DNA of 63,573 nt, counting the filler, from Guillardia theta CCMP2712 (lineage: Eukaryota; Protista; Cryptophyta), in the NCBI RefSeq assembly GCF_000315625.1. It is 5 parts of 5 records of this genome, joined end to end, with 100 filler letters (N's around TTAATTAATTAA, not from the genome) between each part and the next. Parts side by side here need not be neighbours in the genome. Positions count along the whole stretch, not along the records: positions 24,353 to 37,675 come from NW_005434640.1; positions 37,776 to 58,009 come from NW_005434351.1; 3 more parts are not named here. One strand, 5' to 3'. The notes under the pieces are model-generated. The model was not told the DNA's origin. It made no database searches and saw only the letters and a program-made list of their open reading frames with translations. The position numbers and the translations under genes are program-made. This document shows, one piece after another, positions 25,314 to 39,513 of this stretch (positions within the stretch are counted from its first letter, which is position 1; every line of letters begins with the position of its first letter).

Positions 25314-28300
25314 ATGTCTTCGGTTCCAGTCGCCAAGACTCCCAGGAGGGCAGGAGGAAAGTTCCACACGATAGCCACAAGCACTCCATCCAAAGTCATC
25401 CCCGTCAAGAACGTCGGGAAGATGCCATCTTCGGACTCACACTCAACCCCTGTGAGAGGAGGTGCGCTGTTCCACCTTCAATCTCCGTGCCTCGACGAGC
25501 ACGGGCAGGAGCGAACCTCAGAGGACTCAAATGATTCCAAGGACATGAGCAGCAACATTAAAGTCTTCGTGAGAGTCCGTCCTCTCAACGAGAAGGAGTC
25601 CTCCAAGCATTCTGAGACCGTCGTCACGGTCCCCACCACGGACACCGTCATCCTCCATGGCAACGAGCCGAAGCCGTTCACCTTCGACTATGCAGCTGAC
25701 CCGAGCACAACGCAGGAGGAGATGTTCAACATGATCGGGCAGCCCTTCACTGACTCGTGCCTTAAGGGGTACAACGGTTGCATCTTCGCCTATGGCCAGA
25801 CAGGCTCTGGCAAGACTTTCACCATGCAGGGGCCAGAGTTTGACGGGAAGGAGGGCACGAAGGAGCATAGAGGGCTCATCCCGAGGACATTTGACTACCT
25901 CTTTGACAAGATTGCGCACAAGGAGAACGCCGCGAACTCCTCTCGTCCTGGGAGCCTGCAGTTTGTTGTGCGCTGCTCGTACCTGGAGATCTACAACGAG
26001 ACCGTGACAGACCTGCTGGACCCGAGCAAGGTTAACCTCCAGGTCCGAGAGAACTCCAAGGAAGGGATCTACGTGGACGGGCTCACATGGCAGGAGGTGA
26101 GGGATGCCGAAGCATGCAACGCGCTCCTTCAGAGAGGCCTGAGGAACAGGCACGTCGGGGAGACGTCGATGAACAAGGAGTCGTCACGCTCCCACTCGCT
26201 GTTCACGCTCAAGGTGGAGAGCACGCACCTGACGGCCGAGGGGCTGACGAAGCAGCGTCACTCGTGCCTCAACCTGGTTGACCTGGCCGGGAGCGAGAGG
26301 CAGAAGGCAACCAACGCCTCCGGGGACAGGCTGAAGGAGGCCTCCAACATCAACAAGTCGCTCTCGGCGCTGGGGAACGTGATCATGGCGCTGGCGGACA
26401 TCTCGGACGGGAAGGCGCGACACGTGCACTACAGGGACTCCAAGCTGACGTTCCTGCTCAAGGACTCGCTGGGGGGCAACAGCAAGACGGCTATCATCAC
26501 CAACATCTCCCCAGCAGACTCCAACTTCGGGGAGACAATCTCCTCCCTCAAGTTCGCGCAGAGGGCGAAGCTGATCAAGACCAGGGCAATCCTGAACGAG
26601 GACACCAACGGCTCCTTGGAGCAGCTCCGCGGGGAGATCAAGAGGCTGAAGGAGGAGCTGGTGGTTGCGAAGCGCTGGGGCAGCCTGACCAACCCCATTG
26701 GCTCCCCGTCCAAGGCCTCCAGCCTCTCCTCCCCTGCTTCCTCCGGCAGAGAGAGCAGCCAGACGTCTGAGGAGAAGCTGTCCCTGCAGGCGAGGATCGA
26801 GGCCCTGGAGAACCTCCTCTACCAGTGCCTGGAGAAACAGGGCGAGGAGGAGGAGCAGGCGCAGAAAATGGTAGAGGTGGCGTCTCAAGCGCAGGAGCTG
26901 GTGAGGGCAACACAGGGAGCTGACAGCGAGCTGTTCTCGAGCCTGAGGATGCAGCTGAAGCTGAAGAACGAGTCGGTCAAGCATCTCTCCCTCAAGGTCA
27001 ACGCCATCCAGGCGAAGCAGCAGGCTGAGCACAAGGAAGGGGAGGAAGAGAGCGCGGAGCTCGCAGAGCTCAAGCAGGCCATCGATCTGCTGAAGCAGGA
27101 GAATGAAGAGCTAAGGAAAGCGCAGGATGCTCCTCTTGCCCAGCATCCGGACTACAGGTAACACTCTTCCTCCCCTCTACCTCCCTCTTCCTCCCCTCCC
27201 CTATTCAGCTCACTCCGCCCTGACAGGAAGATCGCGCTAGAGAACTCCGAGCTTCACCTGGCCCTCCACTCTTCAGGTCTCTTCATCGTTGAGAGCTCGC
27301 CGGGGGGCAGCGTCCGCCTCCTCCCTCGCGAGGACGGCGACGACCGCAAGCACCTGGACCACATCAACCGCGAGCTCAGGGAGCAGTTCCTTGCCGCGGT
27401 CAAGGACAAGAGGAGCCTGCAGGACGAGAACGACAGGCTGAAGCAGATTGCGGCCGCGCTTCAGGTCGCGCCCGAGGAGCAGGAGGAGGAGAGGCGCGTG
27501 GCGGCGATGACCAGCCCGGAGAGGAAGGCGTACGAGGGGATGAGGCTACAGAAGTGGAGGGAGCAGGAGGACTTTGAGAGCAGGTACAGGAAGCTCGCGG
27601 ACGAGCTCGAGTGCGTGAAGAGAGAATGCAAGGTCTGTCTCCTTCCCGCTCCCTCCTCCTCCTCCTCCTCCTCCTCTGCTGTCTCTCCCTCACCCTGTCT
27701 ACATCCTCCGTCCCTTCCCCGCACGTCCTCGTCTTACCCCCTCCTCGAAGGCTCTGGAAGCGAAGGCGGAGGCCAGCGAACGTCGAGCTCAGATTGCCTC
27801 GGGGGAGCTCAACGAACTTCTCCCGACGCTGAAGCGACTCAGCGCAGGAGAGGAGGAGCTCTCCGCCGACGCTCTGTCCTCCAAGGCCAAGGAGCTCGCG
27901 GAAGTCCGCTACTCCCTGTCGCGGGAGGTGAGGCGGAGGAGGAGGACGAAGAGGGAGGGAGGAGGCGGGTTGTGAGAGGTTTGCAGGAAACTTCTCGCAA
28001 GAGGATGGAGGATGACCTTTCCAAGTTCCAGAACACCATCAAGGAGCTCCAGTCACAGCTTGAGACGAGCAGGCAAGAGACTCCCCTCCCCTCCCCTCCC
28101 TCCCTCCCTCTCCTTACGCACCAGCAGGAGCGAGCTCGACGGCGCCTCCAGGAGGGAGGGTCAGCTGAGGCAACAGCTACAGGCCGCAGAGTACGCGGCA
28201 GCAGCCATGGAGAGGAAAGCGAGCAAGCAGCGGTACAGCATCGGAGACTCCGGCAGGTTCGCCCAGCTGCAGCAGGAGAACGAATCCCTCCAGCTCAAGG

Positions 28301-30983
28301 TCGGCGCAATCCCTCCCCTGAGTTCCTTGGACGATCTCCTTGTCCTGCTCCTCATCATGTCCCATCATCATGGTCCCTCTCTCTCCCCTTCCTCCTCTAC
28401 TCTCTCTCTTCCCTGCTTTACTCTACTCACCCTCCTCTCCTCCCCTCCCCTCTCTCAACTCCCTTCCCCAATCCACTCCACTCCTCCTCCCCACCTCAAA
28501 TCTGCCCTGCTCATCCCTCTTTCGCAGCTTCAGAACCTCCAGGACGAGTACGACTCCTTCAAGGAGGAGTTCGCCTTCATGGAGTCGAAGCTGCAGCGTC
28601 TCAACGCGGAGCTCTTGGAGCACGAGGAGAGGAGCAGCGAGCAGGCACAGGCGCTGGAGCAGGCAGCAACTCAGCTCTCCTCCTCCAACGAGAGGCTGCT
28701 GGAGGCCGAGTCGAAGCTGCAGGAGCTGTACAGCGGGAAGGAGAGCAGCGGCGAGCTCTCGGAGGGAGCGAGGAAGGAGGCGGAGAGAAGGGCGGAGGAG
28801 GCAGAGAGAAGGGCAGAGGAGGCGGAGAGCAGGCTGGCAGAGAGCATGAAGAACGAGGGGGAGCTGCGAGACGGGCTGTCCCACCAGCAGGCAGTCCACG
28901 AAGCCCTGCAGAAGGAAACAATGATCGGGCAGGAGGTGCTGAAGGAGACGCTCAAGAACCTTGAGAGCAAGAGCATCATGCTGGAGCAGACGCAGGCGGA
29001 GCTGAACGACAAGATGTCCGAGATCATCGAGCTCCGCGATAAGGTCTACTCCCCTCCCTCTTCCTCTTCCTCTTCCTCTTCCTCTCCTTCCTGTTACTCC
29101 TCCTCTCTTTCGCTCCTTCCTACTCCTCCTCTCTTCTTCCTCTCTCCTTCCAACACCACCACATAGGTTTACCTTTGCTTTCACTTGTTTTCCTTGTACT
29201 TTCTTTCTTACCTTCCCCTTCCCCTCCCCTTCTCCTCCTCCTCCTTCACCTCCTCTCCCATCCTCTTCTCTCCCTCTTGACCTCCTTCTGCAGCTGGACG
29301 TCGCCCAGGCCGAGCTGGAGAGGGTGCAGGGGACGCTGACGGAGACGAAGAGGAGGCACGAGCTGCTGATCGACGACAGGGAGGGCAGGGAGCAGGCGCA
29401 CGCGCAGGAGCTCAATGACATGCTGGCGGAGGTCAGGAGGAGGCAGGAGCGGGTCACTCAGCTGGAGAAGGAGCTGGCCTCGTCCTCGGAGAGGGTGTCG
29501 AGGGTGGAGAAGAGGCTGTCGCAGGCGGAGGGGAAGGAGGAGGCGCTGCGCGGGCTGCAGGAGGAGGGCAAGCAGCTGAGGGCACAGCTGCAGCAGAAGG
29601 AGGGGGAGGTGTTCGAGCTCGGGTTCGAGCTCAAGGGGGAGAGGAGCAGGATGGTGATGATGGAGACGGAGAGGGAGGAGCTCAAGGGCAGGGCAGAGGA
29701 GCTCTCCCTGCACGTACAGGAGCTGCAGGGGAGGAACGAGAAGCTGCAGAAGAACTACGAGGAGATGCAGGCGACGGTCTCGCGGCTCAACGGAGAGCTG
29801 GCGGAGAGGAGCAGCGCGCTGGAGAGGAAGCAGGCGGAGCAGGAGCAGGCAGGAGGGGCGCTGAAGAGGGCAGAGGAGGAGGTGGAGAGACTGAGGAGAG
29901 AGGTGGAGGAGGCGAAGGGGAAGGTGCAGTCCTCCAAGGAGCAGAGGGCAGCGCAGGAGGAGATGTCCGCCGCAGTGAAGGAGAGGGAAAAGAGCTATGC
30001 TCTCTCAGAGCGGAGATGACCAAATGGATTGATGAGATGAAGCAGGTACTCCCTCTTTCACCTCTCTTCTCCTTCTCCCTTCTCTCTCCTCCTCCTTCAT
30101 GCTCTAAGTCTTCCCACAGCTCAAGGAGAGCGAACAAGCTGCCAAGGCGCATGCAGCGCAAGTTGAGGAGAACTTGAAGGTAATGGGGAGCAGGAGATCT
30201 CTTCCATATGCATGAGGAAGTGAGGGGGAGATCAGGTGGTGGTGGTGGAGGAGATGAGGAGGAGAAAGCGGGGGTGGGGTGGGGGGGGTGGGGGGGAAGA
30301 AATGTCTTAACCTTGTGCCTGCAGAGAGCAGAAGGCGAGAACCAGAAGTTGAGCAAGGCGCTGCAGGAGGCGAAGAAGCAGGTGGAGGAGCTCAACGAGG
30401 TGAACTCGAAGCTCATCGGCCATCAGAACACGAAGCAGAAGCTACAGGTGTGAGAGGGAGAGGAAGAGCATGGAGAGGAGGAGGGGGGAGGACGAGGATG
30501 AAGAGGAGGAGGATGAAGATGGAGGTTTGACCTTGTGGACAGCACACGGTCAGAATCAAGGAGGAGAACAACACACTTAAGATGCAGATTCAGTCCGTCT
30601 CCTCTGAGCTTTGCAAGATGAAGGAAAAATCCACCCGCCTCGAACAGGTACCTCCTCACACATCCTCCTCCTCCTCCTCCTCCTCCTCCTCCTCCTCCTC
30701 TCTTCTTTCTTTCCTTACCGGTCTGACAGGAAGCAAACAAGCTGCGAGCTGCTCTCGGCCTAGAAGGGGGAGCCGCTGAGGTTTGTTGCTACCTCTTGCA
30801 TATCCTCCTCCTCAACAACGACATGCAGGTCCTGGCAGAGGAGCAGAAGGTCAAGGAGAGTGCGGCAGAGACAGTGAGAGGAGGAGCAGAAGGTTCAAGC
30901 AGGAATTGACGGGGATGTGCAGGACAAGGAGAACCAACAGCTCAGGATGGAGTTTGATCAGCTGCTGCAGGCAGGACTACTAG
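25314..30983 (+). CDS. Kinesin-12 (KIF15/KLP2-like) with long coiled-coil tail, multi-exon; 3' end approximate
   Basis: Motor motifs IKVFVRVRP, FAYGQTGSGKT, NKESSRSH, LVDLAGSER and HVHYRDSKLTFLLKDSLGGN. C-terminal LIGHQNTKQKLQ/HTVRIKEENNTLK is the HMMR/KIF15-type motif. Confidence 0.9.
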
Positions 30984-31084
30984 TTCCTCATCTCTTCTCC
31001 CTTATCCCATCTCTCCTCCCCTCCTCCTGTTCCTCTCCCTCCTCCTCCTGACTTCATTCTCCAGCGTTCACTCGAGCTTTCCAA

Positions 31085-31156
<72 letters not shown>

Positions 31157-31631
31157 TCATCGCCTCTGTTCACCTCTCCTATCCCTCTCATGCTAGCGCA
31201 GTTCCCTCCCCACCTCATACATGTCTCCATCCCCTACCTCTCATTTCGCCCCTCCTTCTCCTCTCCCCGCTTACCTTGACTTTCTTATCCCGGACTCGAA
31301 GTGCCAAATCCTACAATTCTCAGTCAGATCGCCCCTACCAGAACCTTTCCATCGCTCTCCTCCTCCACTCCTCCCCTTCTTCACTACCACCAGAACGACG
31401 AGTACCACCACCAATACCACCAACACCAACTCCTCCTCGTCCTCCTCGTCCTCCTCGTCCTCGTCCTCCACCACCTCCTCCTCCTCGTCCTCGTCCTCCT
31501 CGTCCTCCTCCTCCACCACCACCACCACCAGCACCTCCTCCTCCTCCTCCTCTGCACCACCACCATCCCCGTCTCCCTCTTCCCCTTCTTCTTGCTTCTC
31601 CTCGCACTTTCGCCTCTCCTCTTCTCTTGCA

Positions 31632-32847
31632 TCACCAGATGACGTTCGTTCTTCCTGCTGGGCCATCGCCCTCGGCGCTGGCAAGAATCTCGCCGGTTCC
31701 CTGAGGAGGCATGTGAGGAGATGGAGGAGGCAAAGGGCAGGAGGAGGAGACAGCAGAAGGTAGGAGGGGGAGGCAGAAGGGATATGGTTGGACTGGGTAG
31801 AAAGACTACGGAGGAGGGAGGAGCGAGGAGGGAAGGGGGGAGGGGGAGGAGCGAGGNNNNNNNNNNNNNNNNNNNNNNNNNNNNNNNNNNNNNNNNNNNN
31901 NNNNNNNNNNNNNNNNNNNNNNNNNNNNNNNNNNNNNNNNNNNNNNNNNNNNNNNNNNNNNNNNNNNNNNNNNNNNNNNNNNNNNNNNNNNNNNNNNNNN
32001 NNNNNNNNNNNNNNNNNNNNNNNNNNNNNNNNNNNNNNNNNNNNNNNNNNNNNNNNNNNNNNNNNNNNNNNNNNNNNNNNNNNNNNNNNNNNNNNNNNNN
32101 NNNNNNNNNNNNNNNNNNNNNNNNNNNNNNNNNNNNNNNNNNNNNNNNNNNNNNNNNNNNNNNNNNNNNNNNNNNNNNNNNNNNNNNNNNNNNNNNNNNN
32201 NNNNNNNNNNNNNNNNNNNNNNNNNNNNNNNNNNNNNNNNNNNNNNNNNNNNNNNNNNNNNNNNNNNNNNNNNNNNNNNNNNNNNNNNNNNNNNNNNNNN
32301 NNNNNNNNNNNNNNNNNNNNNNNNNNNNNNNNNNNNNNNNNNNNNNNNNNNNNNNNNNNNNNNNNNNNNNNNNNNNNNNNNNNNNNNNNNNNNNNNNNNN
32401 NNNNNNNNNNNNNNNNNNNNNNNNNNNNNNNNNNNNNNNNNNNNNNNNNNNNNNNNNNNNNNNNNNNNNNNNNNNNNNNNNNNNNNNNNNNNNNNNNNNN
32501 NNNNNNNNNNNNNNNNNNNNNNNNNNNNNNNNNNNNNNNNNNNNNNNNNNNNNNNNNNNNNNNNNNNNNNNNNNNNNNNNNNNNNNNNNNNNNNNNNAGG
32601 AGGAGGGAGGAGGGAGGAGGGAGGAGGGAGGAGGGAGGGAGGAAACCTGGTCGAAGGCAACGGAGTAGATTGTTCCCGCATGCCCCGGAAAGTCTTTGAC
32701 GAACGAGCCATCGCTCTCACGCCAGAGCTTGAGAAGCTTATCCTGCCAGTAGAGAATAAGGGAAGGGGCGGGACAGATCAAAGGAGGAAGGGAAAGAGCA
32801 GAAACAGGTGAAGATCAATGGGAAGAGCAGGAGGAGGAGCAGGTGGT

Positions 32848-32937
<90 letters not shown>

Positions 32938-34920
32938 GGTGGAAAAGCACAACAATACATTCACATGTATCAATGAGCATCTCCATTGCCTACCTGCCCT
33001 CCAGTGATGATCCACTCGGTCTTGGTATGGAAGGCAGCTCCCCACACAAGCTTGGAGTGCCCCTGCTTCCTCCTTCATCTCCACCTCTCCCTCCTCCCTC
33101 CCACCTTCAAGACGGCCACGCTCTCTCCCGTCTTTGGATTCCATAATCGCAGAGTTTTGTCCTGGTCAGAGAGTTAGGAAGGCAGAGAAAAAGGGAGAGA
33201 GGGAGGAGGAACATGGAGAGAAGAGGGAAAGAGGGAGGGAGAGCAGAGCAGAGGGAGAAAGGAGGAGGAGGAGGTGAAGGTGGAAAGGGAGAGAGAGGAG
33301 GAGGAAGAAAGGGAGAGAGGAGAAGGACGAGGACGAGGACAAGGCTCAGGCACTCCAAAGGTTCAGCCTGCATGAAAATCCTGACCTGGGACGCAGTCAG
33401 GACGAGCTCGCCGTTGGGGTTGTAGCAGCACAGCACGACTGGCCCCTGCCCGACAGCTGAGACGCGCAAGAGACTTTGAGTCACCTTAGGCACCTTGTGC
33501 CCTCGAAGCTCCTTCAGGTGCTTTTCCTTGCTCACCCTCCACACCCGAGCTGTCAAGTCGTGCGACCCTTTGCCGCAGTCACCGACCCATGGCAGCGCTG
33601 GGAGGGAGGCAGGGCTGACCTGATACAATGAGATCGCCGTTCATCGGGTTGAAGGACAGGCTGTTCGAGCTCAGCTGCTGCGTGCGGGAGGGGGAGGACC
33701 ACGGTACCTGGAGACTTGCTCGGCATGCCCTTGGAGTGTCTTGATACAGTCACCCTGCTTGCCTGTTACTCGACGAGGGAGAGGAGGGATGTGAAGGAGG
33801 AGGAGGAAGGATGGGGAGGGAGAGAGGGAGGTGAAGGAGGTGAAGGAGGGAGGGAAGAGAGAGAGGGAGGGGAGGAGAGATGAAGGATCACCTCGAAAGC
33901 TTTCCAGATTCGAAGGACATTGTCTGTCGAACCTGTTGCAAGCAGGTCCTCGAATCCTGCGATGCGCTATGTTAGAACCTCATTTCATAGCAACCCAGAC
34001 GTTCACCGGAGGGCTGAAATTGACAGCAGGTGATGGCTGGCCCGAGCTCAATCACCTTGGCGCATCGATACTGTAAAATCAAAGTTACGGTGAAGTTGAA
34101 GTATGAACGATGGAGACGGAGATGGAGACGGATGATGATGGTGATGGTGGTGATGGTGATGGTGGTAGTAGTAGTGATGACGGTGGAGGAGGATCAGAGG
34201 AAGAGGAGGAACAGCAGCTCTCGAACCGAGTCTCCCACGAATCTCCAGAGCCGAATATCTCCATCCTCGCCTGTTCTCGTCCAATCCTCGTCACCTTCAC
34301 AGCGCATGCTGATGACAACCGACTTACCCCCCGTGCAGATGCTTCTCCCATCAGCATCAAACGCGCAGCACGTGACAGGTCCTGGAGGAGATCGTTACAC
34401 CTTCCCCTGCTGCTCTGTTACCGCACCGGTATGGCCTGACAGCGTCTGGAAGCAAGGGATCTGGAGGCGGTACAGGTGTGACATGGTCAACGCCTCATGC
34501 TTCTAACCTGACGATGCTGATATCATGGTTGGTACAAGGGCAAATCAAGGAGACACAGCATGGTACAAGGGCAAATCAAGGAGACACAGCATCAAGGAGA
34601 CACAGCATGGTACAAGGGCAAATCAAGGAGACACAGCATCAAGGAGACACAGCATGGTACAAGGGCAAATCAAGGAGACACAGCATCAAGGAGACACAGC
34701 ATCAAGGAGACACAGGATCGTTCACAGCATCAAGGAGACACAGCATCAAGGAGACACAGGATCGTTCTATCTTGACACTTGGCCCTCCGCTGATCCTACT
34801 GCACCTGCGGCTGTGCTTGCACTTTGTGCTCCTTTAATCTGTCGTCTAATGACCTTTGCAGGGTCAAGTTGTCCCTCTCCTTCCTCTCCTTCCTCTCCTT
34901 CCATTGCTTCGATCATCCAA
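31632..34920 (-). CDS. WD40-repeat protein, multi-exon, spans a gap; 5' end uncertain
   Basis: Exons include TLSGHT/GPVTCCAFD..GEDGDIRLWR, ATGSTDNVLRIWK, GSHDLTARVWR..LRGHK/GPVVLCCYNPNG, DKTLRLWNP and DKLLKLWR..FPGHAGTIYSVAFD. Confidence 0.8.
34529..34765. repeat. Compound minisatellite (catcaaggagacacag / catggtacaagggcaaatcaaggagacacag)
   Basis: Visible tandem units, probably intronic. Confidence 0.85.
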
Positions 34921-35339
34921 CCGCCTCCTCCATCTCGTCCTCGTCCTCGTCCTCCTCCTCGTCCTCGTCCTCCTCCTCGTCCTCCTCCTCCTCCTCCTCC
35001 TTTGTCCCGACATCTCTTCATCGGGAGCACTGAAGGTTCGATGAACCCTCATACCGCACACGTGATGTTGCCGCTGGGGCCCGGCGGACGGGCTGAGTCA
35101 CTCCCGGGAGTCCGGCCCGGCTGGCAGGACTCAGTCCGATCACCTTCGCAGGCCGCCCAGGCCGACCCAGTACAACGGCCGGGCGGCACTGCTGGGCCGC
35201 CGAGACCGCTGAGAACCGGCCCGGCCGCGCCCGGCCCGGCGGCCGTCCAGGCTCACTCGGACCTTCGAGTCGGGACTCCGAACGCCTTCGGAAATTCGTC
35301 ATTACTCTTTAATTCATAAATTCTATCCTAGTATTCTTA

Positions 35340-37670
35340 TGATAGCGCAGGGTAGTGGGCCCGAGCATGTGTTGGCAAGTTTACGTCGAGTCGAGGTACC
35401 TGCGCAGCTCTTCCTGTTCAGCAGCTGTCCCACGTGACCGCCTTCCCCAGCTCAGCCTCACCTGTTGAGCGCCTCGTCCACCAGACTCTCTCCTTCGGCT
35501 TCGAGCCTCCCTGGAGTTACACCTGGAAGATCCAGCATCTCAGGTGGAGGGAGGCAAGGAAGGAGAGGATAGCACAGCACCAGCTGCGATGACCCCATGC
35601 GTGTGTTCTCCTAGTCCTGCTCCTCCTCCGTCACTCTCTTCTCCTTTCCTCTGCTCGCTCCTCTCGCTCCTGCTCTCCTTCCTTCTCTCTCCTCTCTCGC
35701 CGCCTCCGATACCTGCCTTGCAGTCAGTGGAAACAGCCACACGAGGAGGAGGGGAGTTACTGCTTTCTGGATTCACTCCCTCCATGTGCAGCTCCTTCTT
35801 TGCATGCCTGGCTGCCTGTGAGCTTCTAGATAGGAGGAGGAGGAGGAGGAGGAGGAGGAGGAGGAGGAGGAGGAGGAGGAGGAGGAGGAGGAGGACCTTT
35901 CCCTAACTTGCTCCCCTTCCCGGTTCCTGCAGAAGGCGCATGTGCATCAGTGACAAGAGCGCGCACAGGTTCATCGTCCTACTCCTTCTCCCGCCCTCTC
36001 TCTTCCTTCTTCCGCTCCCTCGCTGTCAGGGGCTCAGCAGCAACCGAGTCAACATCATCATACTCGACCTGCTCCCCTCTGCGCGTCCTCCCTTGTCGTC
36101 CCTCCTGCCTCGTCGTGCCTCCACGTCTCTGTCCTGCGATGGGATCAGCAGGGAGAGATACTCGTTTCTCCCCCTCCTGGCATTACGGAGGAGGGGGCAG
36201 AGGCGGAGGGGCGAGGAGAGTCCAATCGCACTGCAAGCCTGAAGAGAGATGAAAAGATGAGGCAGGAGAAAGAGAGAAGAGCAGGGGAGCAGATGAAGAG
36301 GAGGAGATTGTACACGAGAGAAATCAGTTGGGAGGTTCAATCCTGCTATACACCAACCGTAGATTGCGGCGAGGATGCTTGGGAGGGCGATGGTCATATG
36401 GACGAGGATCTCAAATATGATCTTGATTCCCCTGTGATGCTTTTTCAGCTTGTAACTTATCTCATCTCATCTCATCTCATCTCATCTCATCTCATCTCAT
36501 CTCATCTCATCTCGTCTCGTCTCGTCTCGTCTCGTCTCGTCTCATCTTATCTCATCTCCCTCCGTCCTCCCTGCCTCAGCCTCCTTCCTGTCTTTCATCG
36601 CTTCCCATTCGCCCTCCCTCCTCCCCTTTGTCGACACCTAGCGATGCTGTCGATGCCGCATCTCCTTCGATCAACGACCAAGTACGTGCCTGCCACACTG
36701 TGAGGAGGAGGCGAGAGGAAGAAGAAATGGACCAGTTGAGTTGCTGCAGTCGAAAGTCGAGCAAGGACTCGTTCAGGCAGGACATACAAGGCAAGAGCTA
36801 CCCTGACCTTAAGAGTGACGCGACGGGACCTAGCGTCTGCGAGTGATTCAGAGGAGGAGTCCATCAGAGCATGCTTACTTACCAGCACGCTCCTCTCGTT
36901 CTCTTCACTGACACTGATAGAGGGGAAGCAAATTGATTCTCATCGACCAACGGCCACTCGAGCACAGCACTACCTGCATTCCTCCACTCCGAACGTCGAC
37001 AATGCTGAAGCGAGCATCGTTGAAAGAAACACAACCTGCGCAATCGATGAGTCTGCAGGGTGACAGCAACTTGCACTCACGGAGCAGATGAGGTAGACAA
37101 GAATAGAAGAGCGCAAGTTCGGTTGTTCTGCAAGTCCAGACCCGTCAGGAGCAGCACGGGCTTCCTCGCATCCTTACCTTGCTGTCTCCCGATTTGCAAG
37201 GACAGAGCAAAGAGCATCCAGTATAGGAGGAAGAGAAAGACAGTTCTAGTTCCTGCCACCCCGCTGACCGCAAGCTGTCAGTCTTGCTCCTTCCCTGGTT
37301 GCTCTTCTTCTGCATGAACCTTGTGCCGCCGGCTGCGCCAGACAACTCGACGATGAGAAAGATGAGAACGCCAAATAGCTGTGCTCGCACTCTCAGAGTA
37401 AAGAAGCCCTCTGTCACTCCTTCACCTGCACTGCTGTAGAGAATGGCAAGAGAGCGCACAGTCGGGTCTTCAGCTTGTTGGGGACCATGTAGCTGCACAA
37501 GGATGAGAGTGGTTGGCAAGGAGGAGGAGGAGGAGGAGGAGGAGGAGGAGGAGGAGGAGGAGGAAACGGGGGAGGAGGAGAAAGGACCTGAGATCGTCGC
37601 AGGGTTGCCATTGGGTGAGAAGAGAGAAATAGACTTGGAAGAGGCTGCAGATAAGGTTGCTGAGAAGAGA
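35340..37670 (-). CDS. Uncharacterised multi-exon gene, probably a membrane protein (5' end lost at scaffold break)
   Basis: Hydrophobic exon translations (QLFGVLIFLIVELS; TVFLFLLYWMLFALSLQ; VVFLSTMLASALSTF) separated by short intron-like segments; no family recognised. Confidence 0.35.
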
Positions 37671-37775
37671 GCGAANNNNNNNNNNNNNNNNNNNNNNNNN
37701 NNNNNNNNNNNNNNNNNNNTTAATTAATTAANNNNNNNNNNNNNNNNNNNNNNNNNNNNNNNNNNNNNNNNNNNN

Positions 37776-37921
37776 GCAGGGGGGTCAAGGGAGGTTTTCT
37801 TCCCCCTGGGAGAAATGTCCTATGGGTTTTTGGATCTGCGATATAAAAAAGTCTTGTCTCGGTCACGTGATGTGTCACGTGACCGGTCAGGTGAGCCTGT
37901 CAGCCGGGTCACGGACCCTGT
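37776..37921 (-). repeat. Partial copy of the 332-bp repeat, inverted orientation, at the scaffold start
   Basis: Reverse complement of part of the unit at 39841-40150 and 57149-57480. Confidence 0.9.
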
Positions 37922-39513
37922 AAGATATTTTAAACTGTATTGTGGAATGGTTGAGTATAAACAGAGAAGTAGGGCTGCACTCCAGAAGTTGCAGTGAGAT
38001 CATGGGGTAGTCTACTAACTAATTTGTAGAGCCTTCTTATGGTACAATTTTATAAACAAGTTTGAACGACCTCTCTACACGCCATGAGCCTCCCCTTGTT
38101 CGGGGCACGTCGCACCGCTCTGTACTGCCCTAACCATGGCTCGCAAACAGCGAGCCCTTGGCAGCGTGTGCAGACATCAGATGTTCACCGAACCTCCTCA
38201 TGGGAAATTCCTGAGGTGTAGAGATGATGATCCTTGAGGAGTGCTTCGTACAGTGCGTGGATCTCACGAAAAATCGTTTGGTGAGCGAAGAGCATCAATA
38301 ATACAAGTGAAAATCACCATCACAGGGATACGTTGCAATCGAAACCGGGTTGTGAAATACCCTAAGCTATCTGCGATGCATGACAGGGAAACTGAGTTGG
38401 AGTAGATGGATGGAGATTACACACAAGACGACAGGGAATCATCATCCGACGGTGACTGGATTGTTCAAAAGCCGTACAGTCACCAGTGAGCTCAAGAACA
38501 CATGTCTTCACGATGATGGCTAATTTGCTCGCAAGAAATACAGTGCATTTTAGCAGTGAGCTGCTCGATTGCTTGAAACCACGGGTGGGGGGTAGCCCCC
38601 ATTTCTCATTCCCCAAGCCCCCTCTCCCTGGACGAGCAAGAGGCGATGAAATGGTGCCTTCCTGACTCGCGAGGATGAACCTTGATATTGAGAGACTTCG
38701 AATCCAACCCAACTGAGATAGGAATGAGATGAAGATCTCATATCATACCTGTAAGAGATGATCGAGCTTCTTTCTCAACTCTGCAGGTTGGGCCAAGGTT
38801 TGAATCATCCATCATGTACTGGAATATGCACCCTAGGTACAAACAATCCGCGTGTGTACTTGAAAATATTCTTCGAAGACAAGATGAAATTTTCATGAAC
38901 AGCTAAGCAACTAATGATAGATTCACCATTGAACAGAATCAACTCTGATTGACCCTTCTTTCAAATTGCCGTAGGTTGAACGTTGAGCTCAAATGCATGA
39001 TTTGTGAGAAATTTGTATCAAACTGTACCTTAAGCGACTTTGCTGTCTAGATATGTGTTCTCATGTCATCACTCACTTTCAATTCTTCTAGTCTTACGGT
39101 CAGGATTCATGCACCCTATCACAGAGTTTCAAACTGGATCAAAGGTGGGTAGTTGAGGGTGCTCCATCCCCACCCCACCCCCCAACGAAAGTCAAACGGA
39201 GGGGTTCTCGGAAGTCGAAGTTCCGACCAGTTTGGCCCTCGTTTTGTACCATGTAAACGCTGCAATATTAAGTTGGTACCACAGATACTTCTAAAATTCG
39301 TACTTTTACTTTGGTTTGGCGTGGTGAGGTGTCCAAGCAACCAAATTCAAATCACCCTACCCCTCTTTGGCCCTGCGCAGCAACGATTTTCCTAAGAGCG
39401 AGTACCCTCCTACACGCCTTCTCAAAGTAGGGTACTCCCACATGGCATGAAATGAAGGGATCCCACAGGCCCTTCGAAAAAAAAAAATCTCGCCAATTTT
39501 TCCTATGAGCGCC

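Noticed and set aside
31384-32781. Long ORFs spanning N runs (also 21997-22709)
   Set aside because: Length is inflated by assembly gaps.
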